From NCBI GenBank assembly GCA_964634545.1, contig CAZWIW010000004.1, positions 1 to 61,033 on the forward strand: a stretch of DNA of 61,033 nt, in the 5' to 3' direction. The notes below the pieces were generated by a model that saw only the letters and a program-made list of their open reading frames with translations, searched no databases and was not told the DNA's origin. Positions 37,001 through 47,088 of this stretch are shown here, in pieces (position 1 is the first letter of the stretch; each line of letters opens with the position of its first letter). A program made the position numbers and the translations under genes. The DNA comes from an uncultured Rubrivirga sp. Its GTDB lineage: Bacteria > Actinomycetota > Actinomycetes > S36-B12.

Positions 37001-39178
37001 ATGACTCAGCGCCACGACCTGCATCCCTCGGCCCCCTGGATCCAACTCGACGCCGAGGAAGCGGACTGGGACGCCGCCCCCGCGGGACTACTCACCGCGA
37101 TGTTCGCCCAGATGGTGCTGATCCGCACCTTCGAAGAGCAGGTGCTCGAGATGGCCGCCGCCGGCTTGGTCCACGGTCCGGCCCACTCCAGCATCGGACA
37201 AGAAGGCGCCGCGGTCGGTTCGGTGCTGGCTCTGAATTCCGCGGACACTGTGAACGGCTCGCACCGCGGACACCACCAGTTCCTGGCCAAGGTCTTGCAC
37301 TACCTCGCACCCGAAGGCTTGGATCCCACCGCGCAGTGGCCTGAAGATGTCCGCCAGGCAATGCTGACCACCCTCGCCGAGATCTGCGGACTCGACCGCG
37401 GGTTCAGCCACGGCCGTGGTGGCTCTATGCACTTGCAGTGGGAGGAAGCCGGAGCGATCGGGACCAACGCGATTGTGGGCGGGGGAGTTCCACTCGCGGC
37501 GGGTTCAGCGTGGGCGCACAAGCACGCCGGTACCGACAACGTTGCGGTCACCTATTTCGGCGACGGCGCCGCGAACATCGGCTCCACTTTGGAGACGTTC
37601 AACCTGACGGCTGCGTGGGATGTCCCGTTGTGCTTCTTCGTGGAGAACAACCAGTACGCAGTGTCGACCCACGTGGAAGAGGCGACGGGTGATCCCCGAC
37701 TCTCCGGACGCGGGCCGGGCTTCGGTATTGCCAGTTGGCGGGTGGATGGCATGAACCCGCTGTCGGTGTACCTGACGATGCGTGAAGCCGTCGAGCACAT
37801 GCGCACCGGCCAGGGACCAACTGTGGTGGAAGCCGACGTCTACCGGTACTTCCACCAAAACGGTCCCTTCCCGGGCAGCGCCTTCCGTTACCGCAGCAAG
37901 GAGGAGGAAGCACAGTGGCGGGCCCGCGATCCGATCGAACAGGTCGCCTCCCACCTGGTTCGTCGCGGGCTGCTGACCGCCGAGCAAGTGGAGTCCGCAA
38001 CCCAGCGGGCGAAGGAACTGATGGCCGAACTCGCCGGCGAACTGACCGAGCCGCTACCAGGCGGAAAGCCGGGCGAGCGTCGCATCCGTGAGGACGAGTG
38101 GCCCGATCCGGCGTTCGCCGATGTGGGCGTGCGCGGTGACCTCAGCGAACTCGAAGGATTGCCCCTCGTCACCGAGGAGCCCGCGCCATCGGCGAACGAG
38201 GACGTGAAATTCATCGAGGCCGTAGCAGGTGTGATGACCCGTCGGATGGAAACCGACGAGCGCATCGTGCTGATGGGCGAAGACATCCACCGACTGAACG
38301 GCGGCACGAATGGCGCAACGCGCGGTCTAAAGGAAGCCTTCCCCGATCGCGTGCTGGGCACCCCGATCAGTGAGAACGCCTTCACCGGTCTGGCCGGCGG
38401 GGTGGCACTCGACGGTCGCTTCCGCCCGGTTGTGGAGTTCATGTACGCAGACTTCATGTGGGTGGCCGCCGATCAACTCTTTAATCAAATTGGTAAGGCG
38501 CGACACATGTTCGGCGGTACCAGCCCCGTCCCGGTCGTCCTGCGCAGCAAGGTGGCGCAAGGCACGGGATACGGCTCGCAGCACTCGATGGATCCCGCCG
38601 GTGTGTTGGCGACCAACCCAGGCTGGCGGATCGTGGCGCCATCAACCCCGTATGACTATGTCGGGCTGATGAATACTGCGCTGGCCTGCGATGACCCGGT
38701 GGTGGTCCTCGAGCATGTCGACCTCTACAACTCCATGGGTCCAGGACCGGGTGATGACCTGGACTACCTGCTCCCCGTCGGTAAGGCAGCGCTGCGCCGA
38801 ACCGGAAACGACGTCACCATCATCACCTACCTAGCGATGACGCAATACGTACTCGAAGCCGTCGACGGTCTCGGTACAGATGCGGATGTGATCGACCTGC
38901 GCTGGCTCGACCGCGCGAGTTTGGACTGGGAGACGATCGAGGCGAGCGTGCGCAAGACGAATAACGTCTTGATCGCCGAGCAAGGGGCGCGCGGTACTTC
39001 CTACGGCGGCTGGCTGGCCGATGAGATCCAACGACGACTCTTCGACTGGCTCGATCAACCCGTGCAGCGGGTGACCGGAAGGGAAGCGTCGCCGAGCATC
39101 AGCAAGGTGCTCGAGCGCGCCGCGATCGCCCAGTCCGAAGAAGTGACCGTCGCACTCAAGGAGATCCTCGATGCCTGA
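37001..39178 (+). CDS. Fused E1 alpha-beta component of a 2-oxoacid/acetoin dehydrogenase complex (TPP-dependent)
   Basis: 725 aa. The alpha part carries the TPP motif YFGDGAANIGSTLETFNLTAAWDVPLCFFVENNQYA. After a linker, the beta part has a transketolase-like pyrimidine-binding domain (ISENAFTGLAGGVALDG) and a C-terminal domain. Confidence 0.88.
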   Translation: MTQRHDLHPSAPWIQLDAEEADWDAAPAGLLTAMFAQMVLIRTFEEQVLEMAAAGLVHGPAHSSIGQEGAAVGSVLALNSADTVNGSHRGHHQFLAKVLHYLAPEGLDPTAQWPEDVRQAMLTTLAEICGLDRGFSHGRGGSMHLQWEEAGAIGTNAIVGGGVPLAAGSAWAHKHAGTDNVAVTYFGDGAANIGSTLETFNLTAAWDVPLCFFVENNQYAVSTHVEEATGDPRLSGRGPGFGIASWRVDGMNPLSVYLTMREAVEHMRTGQGPTVVEADVYRYFHQNGPFPGSAFRYRSKEEEAQWRARDPIEQVASHLVRRGLLTAEQVESATQRAKELMAELAGELTEPLPGGKPGERRIREDEWPDPAFADVGVRGDLSELEGLPLVTEEPAPSANEDVKFIEAVAGVMTRRMETDERIVLMGEDIHRLNGGTNGATRGLKEAFPDRVLGTPISENAFTGLAGGVALDGRFRPVVEFMYADFMWVAADQLFNQIGKARHMFGGTSPVPVVLRSKVAQGTGYGSQHSMDPAGVLATNPGWRIVAPSTPYDYVGLMNTALACDDPVVVLEHVDLYNSMGPGPGDDLDYLLPVGKAALRRTGNDVTIITYLAMTQYVLEAVDGLGTDADVIDLRWLDRASLDWETIEASVRKTNNVLIAEQGARGTSYGGWLADEIQRRLFDWLDQPVQRVTGREASPSISKVLERAAIAQSEEVTVALKEILDA

Positions 39179-40484
39179 GTTGCTGCGGATGCCAGAAGTC
39201 GCGACCGGTTCGACCAGTGCCGTCCTGTCAGCCTGGCAGGTTCCCGTCGGTCAGGAGTACGCCGCGGGTGAAGTAATCGCGGTGCTGGAAACCGACAAGG
39301 CCGTTGTCGACATGGAGGCCGAAGCCGCCGGTTCGCTCGTGCACCTGCTAGCCGAAGCCGGCCAGGAGGTGGCCACCGGCGAGCCGATCGCCGTGTGGGC
39401 GCAGCCCGGTGAACAGGTGGCCGACCCAGCTGCGGCCGCCGCCGAATTGGGCGTCTCGACGGGTACCTTGACCGAACCTCAACCGGAGCCAACTGCCGCG
39501 GCTACCAGCGAGCCGGCACCTGCACCCGCTGCGGCGCCCACTGCGGCGCCCACCCCGGAACCTGCCGTTCAATCGACGCCGATCGCCCCGACTTCGAACG
39601 GTGAACGCATCTTCGCCAGCCCCATCGCCCGACGCATGGCTCGGGAGGCGGGGATAGGCCTTGAAGTCCTTGTTGGATCCGGTCCAGGCGGACGCATCCG
39701 TCGTCGCGATGTGGAAGCGGCGATCGCGTCCGGAGTGTCAGTGTCAGTAGTGCCAGCAGTGCCTTCGCAAGCACCAGCGAGCCCCCCGGCTACCGGATCG
39801 GCGGCTGGTTACCGCGAGATCCCGCACACCCGGCTGCGCAAGGCGATCGCTAACCGCCTCGCGGAGAGCAAGTCCACGGTTCCGCACTTCTACTTGCGCG
39901 GAACCGCCGTGGTCGACGATCTGCTCGCGATGCGGGCGCAGATGAATGAGGGCGAGGACAACCGGATCTCGGTCAATGACTTCATCATCAAGGCCGTCGC
40001 CTACGCCCACTCCAAGGTTCCCGAAGCAAATGTCATCTGGACGCAGGAGGCTGTGCGCGCATTCGACACGGTGGATATTTCCGTTGCCATTGCCACGGAA
40101 ACCGGTCTGGTCACTCCCGTCGTGCGCGATGTGGGTTCCTTGAGTCTGGGTCAACTTGCGCTCATCACCAAGGACTTCGCTGCGCGGGCGAAGGAGGGCA
40201 CGCTCCGACAAACCGAACTCGAAGGCGGTAGCACGAGTGTGTCCAACTTGGGGATGTTCGGAACGGAAGGCTTCGACGCCATCATCAACCCACCGCAGTC
40301 CACCATCCTTGCGGTCGGTGCAGCGCAGCAACAGCCCGTTGTCCGCGACGGCAATGTGGTTGTTGGCACAACCGTGCAGTTCTCCCTGTCCGTTGACCAC
40401 CGCCCCATCGATGGCGCGGTTGCTGCCCGCTGGATGCAGGTCTTCATCGATGCCATGGAGAACCCCGCTCGCATCGTTCGCTGA
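39171..40484 (+). CDS. Dihydrolipoamide acyltransferase (E2) component
   Basis: Lipoyl domain with VLETDKAVVDME, an Ala/Pro linker, a peripheral subunit-binding domain (ASPIARRMAREAGI) and a catalytic domain with SVDHRPIDG. There is an 8-nt overlap with E1. Confidence 0.9.
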   Translation: MPELLRMPEVATGSTSAVLSAWQVPVGQEYAAGEVIAVLETDKAVVDMEAEAAGSLVHLLAEAGQEVATGEPIAVWAQPGEQVADPAAAAAELGVSTGTLTEPQPEPTAAATSEPAPAPAAAPTAAPTPEPAVQSTPIAPTSNGERIFASPIARRMAREAGIGLEVLVGSGPGGRIRRRDVEAAIASGVSVSVVPAVPSQAPASPPATGSAAGYREIPHTRLRKAIANRLAESKSTVPHFYLRGTAVVDDLLAMRAQMNEGEDNRISVNDFIIKAVAYAHSKVPEANVIWTQEAVRAFDTVDISVAIATETGLVTPVVRDVGSLSLGQLALITKDFAARAKEGTLRQTELEGGSTSVSNLGMFGTEGFDAIINPPQSTILAVGAAQQQPVVRDGNVVVGTTVQFSLSVDHRPIDGAVAARWMQVFIDAMENPARIVR

Positions 40485-40490
40485 CGGGAT

Positions 40491-41450
40491 TCACGAGGAC
40501 GTTGCGCGCCGACGTCCGATGAAGGCGGCCAAGGCCGCTAGTAGTGCGCCGGCAATTACCGGCAGCGTGATCGGTTGGGCGGTCGCCGGCCAGATCAGGT
40601 CCAGCACGATGGCGCCTGCAAGTTGTGCCGCGATCACGACAAGCGCGAAGGACAACACGCCCAAGATCGGAACGGTGAACGCGGAGATGCCGATGAAGGT
40701 CACGCCGAGCACTCCACCGAGGTAGGCCCACGCTGGCCCGGAGGTGTTGACCGGACTGGCTCCCCCGGTGAAGCCTCCCGTGGCCGTGACGACGATCAAC
40801 AACGTGATGGCGCCGATCGAGAAGTTGCCGAGTGTCGCCGCCGGAGCGCTGCGTGCTGTCATGGAGACCCGGCCGTTGACCGCCTGCTGCATTGCGACGA
40901 GTACGCCGGCGAGGAACGACAACACGATCAAAAGCCAAAAGCCGCCGGCTTGATTGCTCCACCGATCCGAAACTGCAATGAGCACCGCGAGGGCAGCACC
41001 AACGGCACCGACGATCCTGGGCGCAGTAACGGGCACACCTTGATGGGTGCCGATCCCCAGTCTGTCGACGAGTAGCGAACTGACGGTCTGTCCAGAGACC
41101 AACGCGACGGAGAACAGCGCAACGCCGATGACCGGAACGGAGGTCGATTGGATTGCGATGAAGAACGCGCCGAACACCCCGCCGATCAACGCCCACCACG
41201 GCAACGTGCGATTGCGCAAAGCACGCAATACAGCGACGACGCCATCCCGGGATCGGCGGACACTGGCGACCAGTGCAGTGATGATGACCAGACCGACGGT
41301 GAAGTTGACCAACGCGGCGCTGGTGCCACTGCCCAGGAAGTCGGCGAGACCACCGTTCACGCGGGATTGGATCGCTGTGACGATGCCTGCGACCACGGCG
41401 AGGATGTAGCCGACCGTGGTGGGTGTCGTTCGGGTAGCAGCCTTGCTCAC
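40491..41450 (-). CDS. DMT-superfamily transporter (duplicated DUF606/YdcZ-like)
   Basis: 319 aa with about 10 TM helices in two homologous halves. GTG start. Confidence 0.7.
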   Translation of the reverse strand: MSKAATRTTPTTVGYILAVVAGIVTAIQSRVNGGLADFLGSGTSAALVNFTVGLVIITALVASVRRSRDGVVAVLRALRNRTLPWWALIGGVFGAFFIAIQSTSVPVIGVALFSVALVSGQTVSSLLVDRLGIGTHQGVPVTAPRIVGAVGAALAVLIAVSDRWSNQAGGFWLLIVLSFLAGVLVAMQQAVNGRVSMTARSAPAATLGNFSIGAITLLIVVTATGGFTGGASPVNTSGPAWAYLGGVLGVTFIGISAFTVPILGVLSFALVVIAAQLAGAIVLDLIWPATAQPITLPVIAGALLAALAAFIGRRRATSS

Positions 41451-41509
41451 GCGGCGACAGTAGGGGATAGCGGCCTGGTCATAGTCGGGCCAGCAGTCTG
41501 GCTACCGGA

Positions 41510-42217
41510 TCAACTGTGCTGGTGGACGCCGTCGGAGCCTTCGTCGTTCATGACGAACCACACGCAGCGGGTCTCGGAGTCACCGGCATTCCAAAAGCGG
41601 TGCGGCACGCTGGAATCGAACGCGATCGAATCACCTGGCCCGAGCGTGGCCTGGCCGAAGCCGACCTGCACATTCAGTTCCCCCGACATCACGACTCCGT
41701 ATTCGCGCCCGCTGTGCCGGATGAAGTCCTCCGGTGGTTCTCCAGACGGGTTCGGCTGATAGACGACACTGAGGAATTCGCATCCCTCTTCCGCGTGCGC
41801 GGTGAGCCGTTCCCACCGCGGCCCGGCCTTCAATTTGATGGTGGGCCGTTGGGCGGCGCGCAGCACGACTCCAGAGGTGTCCAACGGTGTCTGCTCGTCC
41901 CGCGGCCGTTGCGGCACTTCGACCGGCAGGGTTTCCGCCCCGGCCTTGGGTGCGTCGTCGAACAAGCTATCCATCTGGATACCCAATTCGCTGACCACGT
42001 TGTACAGCGCCCGGACGCTGAAGGCAGCCAAGCCACGCTCTACTTGGGATACGTGGCTCGGTGACACGTCAATGCGGCGGGCGAGTTCGCGAACGCTGAT
42101 CCCCGCTGTGGTGCGTGCCTCGCGGATGCGACCACCGACAACGATCCACTCGTGATCACCGTCGGGCGACGGTTGGGCATCTGCGGGGAGAGCTTGTCCA
42201 GCCTCGACGGATGTCAC
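41510..42217 (-). CDS. XRE-family HTH regulator with a C-terminal cupin domain
   Basis: HTH ISVRELARRIDVSPSHVSQVERG and cupin GPGDSIAFDSSVPHRFWN. The GTG start follows the strong SD aaggagga. Confidence 0.85.
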   Translation of the reverse strand: MTSVEAGQALPADAQPSPDGDHEWIVVGGRIREARTTAGISVRELARRIDVSPSHVSQVERGLAAFSVRALYNVVSELGIQMDSLFDDAPKAGAETLPVEVPQRPRDEQTPLDTSGVVLRAAQRPTIKLKAGPRWERLTAHAEEGCEFLSVVYQPNPSGEPPEDFIRHSGREYGVVMSGELNVQVGFGQATLGPGDSIAFDSSVPHRFWNAGDSETRCVWFVMNDEGSDGVHQHS

Positions 42218-42300
42218 TGTGTCCTCCTTGCGAACGCCTCAGAACCTACACCGCGGCCTGGGGTGAACAGTCTTCGCCGCGTACAAGGGTGCTGAGCGCT

Positions 42301-43107
42301 TTAGTGCAGGACCATGCCGCCGTCGATCATGATGAGCTGTCCGGTCATGTAATCGCTGTCCGGGCTGGCCAAGAACGACGCGGTGCCGGTGACGTCCTCG
42401 GGGTAGGAGTACCGCTTCATCAAGATCATGTTCTCGGCGAGGGAATCCATGCTCTCGCCTTCCTTATCGAACTTGCCGATAGCCACCAGATCCTTGTCGA
42501 GTTGCTCCCACAGTTCGGTTCGTACGACACCCGGTCCGTAGCCATTCACCGTGATGTTGTGGTCGACGAGAGCCTTGGCGCCGCCCTTGATCATGGCCAG
42601 TACCGCGTGCTTGCTGGCGGAGTAGACGACTACGTCATCGAAGGCATCGCGCGAGAGGATCGAGCCGACGTTGATGATCTTGTACGGGTAGTCGCGCTTG
42701 CCCTGGGCGATCATCTGGTTGGCCGCCTTCTGCATGCAATTGAGGGTGCCCCAGGCGTTGACGTCCATGATCTTGTCCCAGTTCTCCCGGGTGATGTCCT
42801 CGAAGAACAGCGGCTTGTTGATGCCGGCGTTGTTCACGATGACGTTGATCTCGCCGAAGGCTTCCACGGTCGCATCGACGGCGGCCTGTGCTTCCTCTTC
42901 ACTTGTCACGTCGAGGCGAACACCGATGGCGCGACCGCCCCCGGCGGCGTTGATCTCGGCCACCACCTGGTCCACCCCGTCGGTGTTGACATCGCCGAGG
43001 CAGACATTCGCACCCTGGGCGGCGTAGTCCCGTGCGATAGCCGCACCCATCCCTTGCGCAGCACCGGTGATGAGGATGTTCTTGCCCACCAGTCGAGTCG
43101 TGTCCAT
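42301..43107 (-). CDS. SDR oxidoreductase, acetoin reductase/2,3-butanediol dehydrogenase (BudC)- or sorbitol dehydrogenase-like
   Basis: TGAAQGMG, NNAG and YSASK motifs. As I recall the sequence, the C-terminus ASPDSDYMTGQLIMIDGGMVLH closely resembles BudC-type enzymes. I prefer the ATG at 43107. Confidence 0.8.
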   Translation of the reverse strand: MDTTRLVGKNILITGAAQGMGAAIARDYAAQGANVCLGDVNTDGVDQVVAEINAAGGGRAIGVRLDVTSEEEAQAAVDATVEAFGEINVIVNNAGINKPLFFEDITRENWDKIMDVNAWGTLNCMQKAANQMIAQGKRDYPYKIINVGSILSRDAFDDVVVYSASKHAVLAMIKGGAKALVDHNITVNGYGPGVVRTELWEQLDKDLVAIGKFDKEGESMDSLAENMILMKRYSYPEDVTGTASFLASPDSDYMTGQLIMIDGGMVLH

Positions 43108-43467
43108 CGAAGAACCCCTTTTCCGTGAATGTGATTGTCGAACTATGACGAGCTGTGCCGAACTGCTCCCCGCGGCGGAAAGACGCCCCGTTGGTGTTCG
43201 GCAGGACATTACACACCGGTCACCATCTTGTGAACACGTTTTCGCGAAGTTACCCGCGTAGACGGTCCGATATCCCTGGCCAGCCCAGATTTTCGTGAGG
43301 AAGGGCGGGTCCGAAGACGCAACTCAGGTCACGATCGTGCATCGGCTGTGTACACCAACAGATAACGAAAAGGTTACAAGCCTTGTCTTTGCCGTGAACT
43401 AATGCACACTCACACAGAACACCTTGGCCGATGCCACGGCCGCGGGGTGCGAGGCGAGGGAGATCGT

Positions 43468-44991
43468 GTGGGAAGTGCCGGTAGTGGAGGAGCACCACCG
43501 CTGATTGAAGCGGACCACATCGTCAAGCGGTTCGGCGGAGCAATTGCCGTCGACGATGTCAGCTTGGCGGTGCGGCCCGGAGAAATCCACGCTGTGGTGG
43601 GTGAGAATGGCGCTGGCAAGTCCACGCTGATGCGCGTTCTGGCCGGGATCTTGGATCCCGACGAAGGCGAGGTTCGCGTCGACGGCCAGGTCCTGGCCCG
43701 CGGTACCCGATCGGCTATTGATGCCGGTATCGCCCTGGTGCACCAGGAATTGAGCCTGGTGCCGGAGATGACCGTGGCGGAGAACATCCTGCTGGGAGCG
43801 TTCCCCACCAAGGCCGGATTCACCGAATACAAGGAGCTGAAGCAGATCGCAGCCGACGCCCTCGAAGAGATCGGGGTGAGCGTCGACCTCGACGAGCGGG
43901 TGAAGCGACTGTCGGTGGCCCTGCGCCAATTCGTCGAGATTGCTCGCGCTGTTGCGCGCAAGCCGCGGGTGCTCATCTTGGACGAGCCGACCGCCACGCT
44001 GACACCTGCCGAGACCGACTATCTGCTCGCCATGCTCGAGCGCCTGGCGGCAGGCGGAATGGCGATTGCCTACATCTCCCATCGCATTCCCGAGGTGTTC
44101 CGCATCTGCACCAACGTCACGATCCTGCGGGACGGCAAGCAGGTGATCACCACTCCCATCGCCGACATCACGCCCGAGCAGGTCGTCGATCAGATGGTCG
44201 GCCGCGAACTCAAGCGCGACCTCGCGACGCACCGGGATGCGGAGCCTGGCGAGGTTGTTCTGCGTGCCGAGGGCATCGTGGCGGCCGGAGTCAACAACGT
44301 CGATCTGCAAGTACGCGCCGGTGAGATCGTCGGGCTCGGTGGGCTGGTGGGTGCGGGTCGCTCTGAGTTGGTCCGCGCCATCATCGGAGCCGACAATCGC
44401 TCGGCAGGCATGGTCACCCTCACCGTCGGCGGCAAGACATCGACCTTGTCGACCTATCAGTCGTCGGTGCGAGCCGGTGTTGCCTACGTTCCCGAGGAAC
44501 GGCGCACCGATGGTCTGGCGTTGACCATGACCGTGACCGACAACATCCGCCTTCCCAACCGCAAGCAACTAGCGAAGGCGGGCTTCATGCTCAGCGGGAA
44601 GATCAAGGAAGTCGCTCAGCAACTCTCCGACAAGGTGGGTCTACGGCCGCCGGAGATCTCCAGGGAGGCCGGCCAGTACAGCGGCGGCAACCAGCAGAAG
44701 ATCGTGTTGGCCAAGTGGCTTGGTCGTCGACCGGACTTCATCGTCCTCGACGAGCCCACCCGCGGGGTCGATGTTGGTGCCAAAGCCGAGATTCACCGGT
44801 TGGTGAAGGACATCGCCGATCAGGGAACCGCGGTCCTCGTTGTCAGTTCGGACCTACCGGAGCTCCTCGAACTCTCCGATGTCATCCACGTGATGCGCGA
44901 TGGGCGCATCACCGGAACCCTCGGCCGCGAAGACGCCAATGAGAAATCGGTCATGTCGCTGGCCTCCGGCGAATCGGAGGTGAGCGCCTGA
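43468..44991 (+). CDS. Sugar ABC transporter ATP-binding protein with two fused ABC domains (CUT2/RbsA-MglA type)
   Basis: Walker A GENGAGKST and a second site GLVGAGRSE. The signatures are LSVALRQ and YSGGNQQK. I prefer the GTG at 43468 (gagggag 5 nt upstream); the track start is 43402. Confidence 0.88.
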   Translation: MGSAGSGGAPPLIEADHIVKRFGGAIAVDDVSLAVRPGEIHAVVGENGAGKSTLMRVLAGILDPDEGEVRVDGQVLARGTRSAIDAGIALVHQELSLVPEMTVAENILLGAFPTKAGFTEYKELKQIAADALEEIGVSVDLDERVKRLSVALRQFVEIARAVARKPRVLILDEPTATLTPAETDYLLAMLERLAAGGMAIAYISHRIPEVFRICTNVTILRDGKQVITTPIADITPEQVVDQMVGRELKRDLATHRDAEPGEVVLRAEGIVAAGVNNVDLQVRAGEIVGLGGLVGAGRSELVRAIIGADNRSAGMVTLTVGGKTSTLSTYQSSVRAGVAYVPEERRTDGLALTMTVTDNIRLPNRKQLAKAGFMLSGKIKEVAQQLSDKVGLRPPEISREAGQYSGGNQQKIVLAKWLGRRPDFIVLDEPTRGVDVGAKAEIHRLVKDIADQGTAVLVVSSDLPELLELSDVIHVMRDGRITGTLGREDANEKSVMSLASGESEVSA

Positions 44992-45995
44992 TGTCCGAGA
45001 CCACAGTCGTAGAAGACAAGCAGCAGGTGGCGGTTGTCGAAGAGCGACAAGCTGCACGGGTTCTGACGTGGATCTCCGAGAACGGGATCTTCATCTTCAC
45101 CGCGGTCCTCATTATTTTTGCGCTGATCTTCGTGGACGGGTTCGCGTCGTTGATCAACATCACCGACGTCTTCCACCGCGCCGCACCGATCGGGATCGTC
45201 GCCGTGGGGATGACCTTCGTCGTGATCAGCGGCAACTACCTCGACCTTTCGGTGGTTGCCCAGGTGGCCACCGCCGGTGTCATCTTGATCGCGGTCAGCA
45301 ACTCCTATGGCATACCACTCGCGATTCTGGCTGCCCTCGCGGCGGCGTGCTTGTTCGCGCTGGTGAACGGAACCGCCGTTGGTGTCTTCAAAGCCAACGC
45401 GGTCATCGTCACCTTGTCCACCACGTTCATCGGTCTGGGGCTCTTGAGGTTCTTCTCCGGCGGCTCGATCTTCTTCGGTCCTCCGGACGGTCCGATCCGC
45501 GCCTTCGGCTTGGGCAAGATCGGGCCAGTCCCGTACTCCGCGATCGTCTTGATCATCATGACGATCCTGCTGAGCTTGCTCCTGAATCGCACGAACTTCG
45601 GCTTCCTGGTGAAGTCCTTCGGCGTCAATGAGCAAGCCACGAGGCTTGGCGGCACCAACACCTCCCTCGTCATCATCGGGGCCTTCCTGGTGACTGCCGT
45701 CGCAGCCATGATCGGTGGTTTCGTCCTAGCGGCCTTCTCCAACACCGCTGTCTCCAACGACGGTGTCGGATATGAGTTCGAAGCACTCGCGGCGATCATC
45801 GTCGGCGGCACGAGCGTGTTCGGCGGTCGCGGCAGCATCTACCGAACGTTCCTCGGTGTGATCTTCGTCAGCGTGCTGACCAACATCCTGGTGCTGTTCG
45901 GTATCGGCTTCGGCTACCAGCAGGTGGCGCTAGGAGTGCTGATCGTGTTGGCGGTCTCTATCGACGCCCTCGGCCGGAAGGTGTCGAAACGATGA
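44991..45995 (+). CDS. Sugar ABC transporter permease (RbsC-like)
   Basis: 334 aa, polytopic, of the BPD_transp_2 type. It overlaps the ATPase stop by 1 nt. Confidence 0.85.
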   Translation: MSETTVVEDKQQVAVVEERQAARVLTWISENGIFIFTAVLIIFALIFVDGFASLINITDVFHRAAPIGIVAVGMTFVVISGNYLDLSVVAQVATAGVILIAVSNSYGIPLAILAALAAACLFALVNGTAVGVFKANAVIVTLSTTFIGLGLLRFFSGGSIFFGPPDGPIRAFGLGKIGPVPYSAIVLIIMTILLSLLLNRTNFGFLVKSFGVNEQATRLGGTNTSLVIIGAFLVTAVAAMIGGFVLAAFSNTAVSNDGVGYEFEALAAIIVGGTSVFGGRGSIYRTFLGVIFVSVLTNILVLFGIGFGYQQVALGVLIVLAVSIDALGRKVSKR

Positions 45996-47023
45996 GCCAG
46001 ACCCAAACCATTTCCCTAGGTGCCGCCGCCCAAGAGGGCTTGTGGGGGCGTATCCGCACCGTGGCCTCCCGCCGCACCGAAGGCCGCGGGTTGGCTCTGC
46101 TTGCGGTCATCGTCGTTGTGGTGGCGCTGCTGGAACCGCTGGTATTCACCGCCTACCAAGTGACCCTTGGACGCATCGCACTCGTTGGCCTGGTGGCTCT
46201 TGGCCTGACCGTCGTCATCTTGATGGGCGAACTCGACCTGAGCGTTGCCAGCACGCTGGCTGTCTCGGGTGTGATCATGGCCAGCATTCCCGATCTCACG
46301 CTCGGGATCCTTGCGGCGCTCGCGACGGGACTCATCGTTGGAGTTATCAACGCGTTCTTCGTCTCGGTGGTGGGAATCAACTCCTTCATCGCGACGCTCG
46401 GCATGCTCTTCGCCTTACGAGGCTTGGCCTTCGTCATATCCGATGAAGCACCGGTGAGCTTGACCAACAAAGACGCAGGTATCGCCTTCGGTCAACCGCT
46501 GATCGGTCCGCTGACCCCCCGCATCTTGATCTTCATCCTCGTCTTCATCGCGATTCAGGTATTCATCTCGCGGGTGAAGGCGGGCCGGGAGTTCTTCGCG
46601 GTCGGTGGCAACCGGCAGGCCGCACGAGATGCCGGCATTCCGGTAACTCGTCGCATCTTCACCGGTTTCATGATCTCCGGTTTCGTGGCTTCGCTGGCCG
46701 GTGTCATCAACACCCTGGAGCGCACCACCGCCGATCCGACCGCCGGCTCGACGGTGCTGCTCGCCAGCTTCGCTGCCGCCATCATCGGCGGCAACTACCT
46801 CAAGGGCGGTCGAGGATCGATCGTCGGAACACTGATCGGTGCTGCTGCCCTGGGCATCTTGCAGGTCGCCTTGACCCTGTCCGGGGTCCAGGTACCGGTG
46901 CAGCAGATCTTCATCGGCGTCATCTTGCTCGTCGCCGTGACTACCGATCCCAACAGTCTTCGCTCGGTGGCGGGAAGTCTTCGGACTTTGCGTCAAGGCC
47001 GGGCGAAATCCCCAGGAAGTTAG
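45992..47023 (+). CDS. Second sugar ABC transporter permease (RbsC-like)
   Basis: 343 aa and polytopic. It overlaps the first permease by 4 nt. Confidence 0.85.
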   Translation: MSQTQTISLGAAAQEGLWGRIRTVASRRTEGRGLALLAVIVVVVALLEPLVFTAYQVTLGRIALVGLVALGLTVVILMGELDLSVASTLAVSGVIMASIPDLTLGILAALATGLIVGVINAFFVSVVGINSFIATLGMLFALRGLAFVISDEAPVSLTNKDAGIAFGQPLIGPLTPRILIFILVFIAIQVFISRVKAGREFFAVGGNRQAARDAGIPVTRRIFTGFMISGFVASLAGVINTLERTTADPTAGSTVLLASFAAAIIGGNYLKGGRGSIVGTLIGAAALGILQVALTLSGVQVPVQQIFIGVILLVAVTTDPNSLRSVAGSLRTLRQGRAKSPGS

Positions 47024-47088
47024 CGCTTCAGGGGGGCTTGCCACCGCCGGTGGCTGACCAGATGAAACCAACGAAAAGAGGCAACAGA

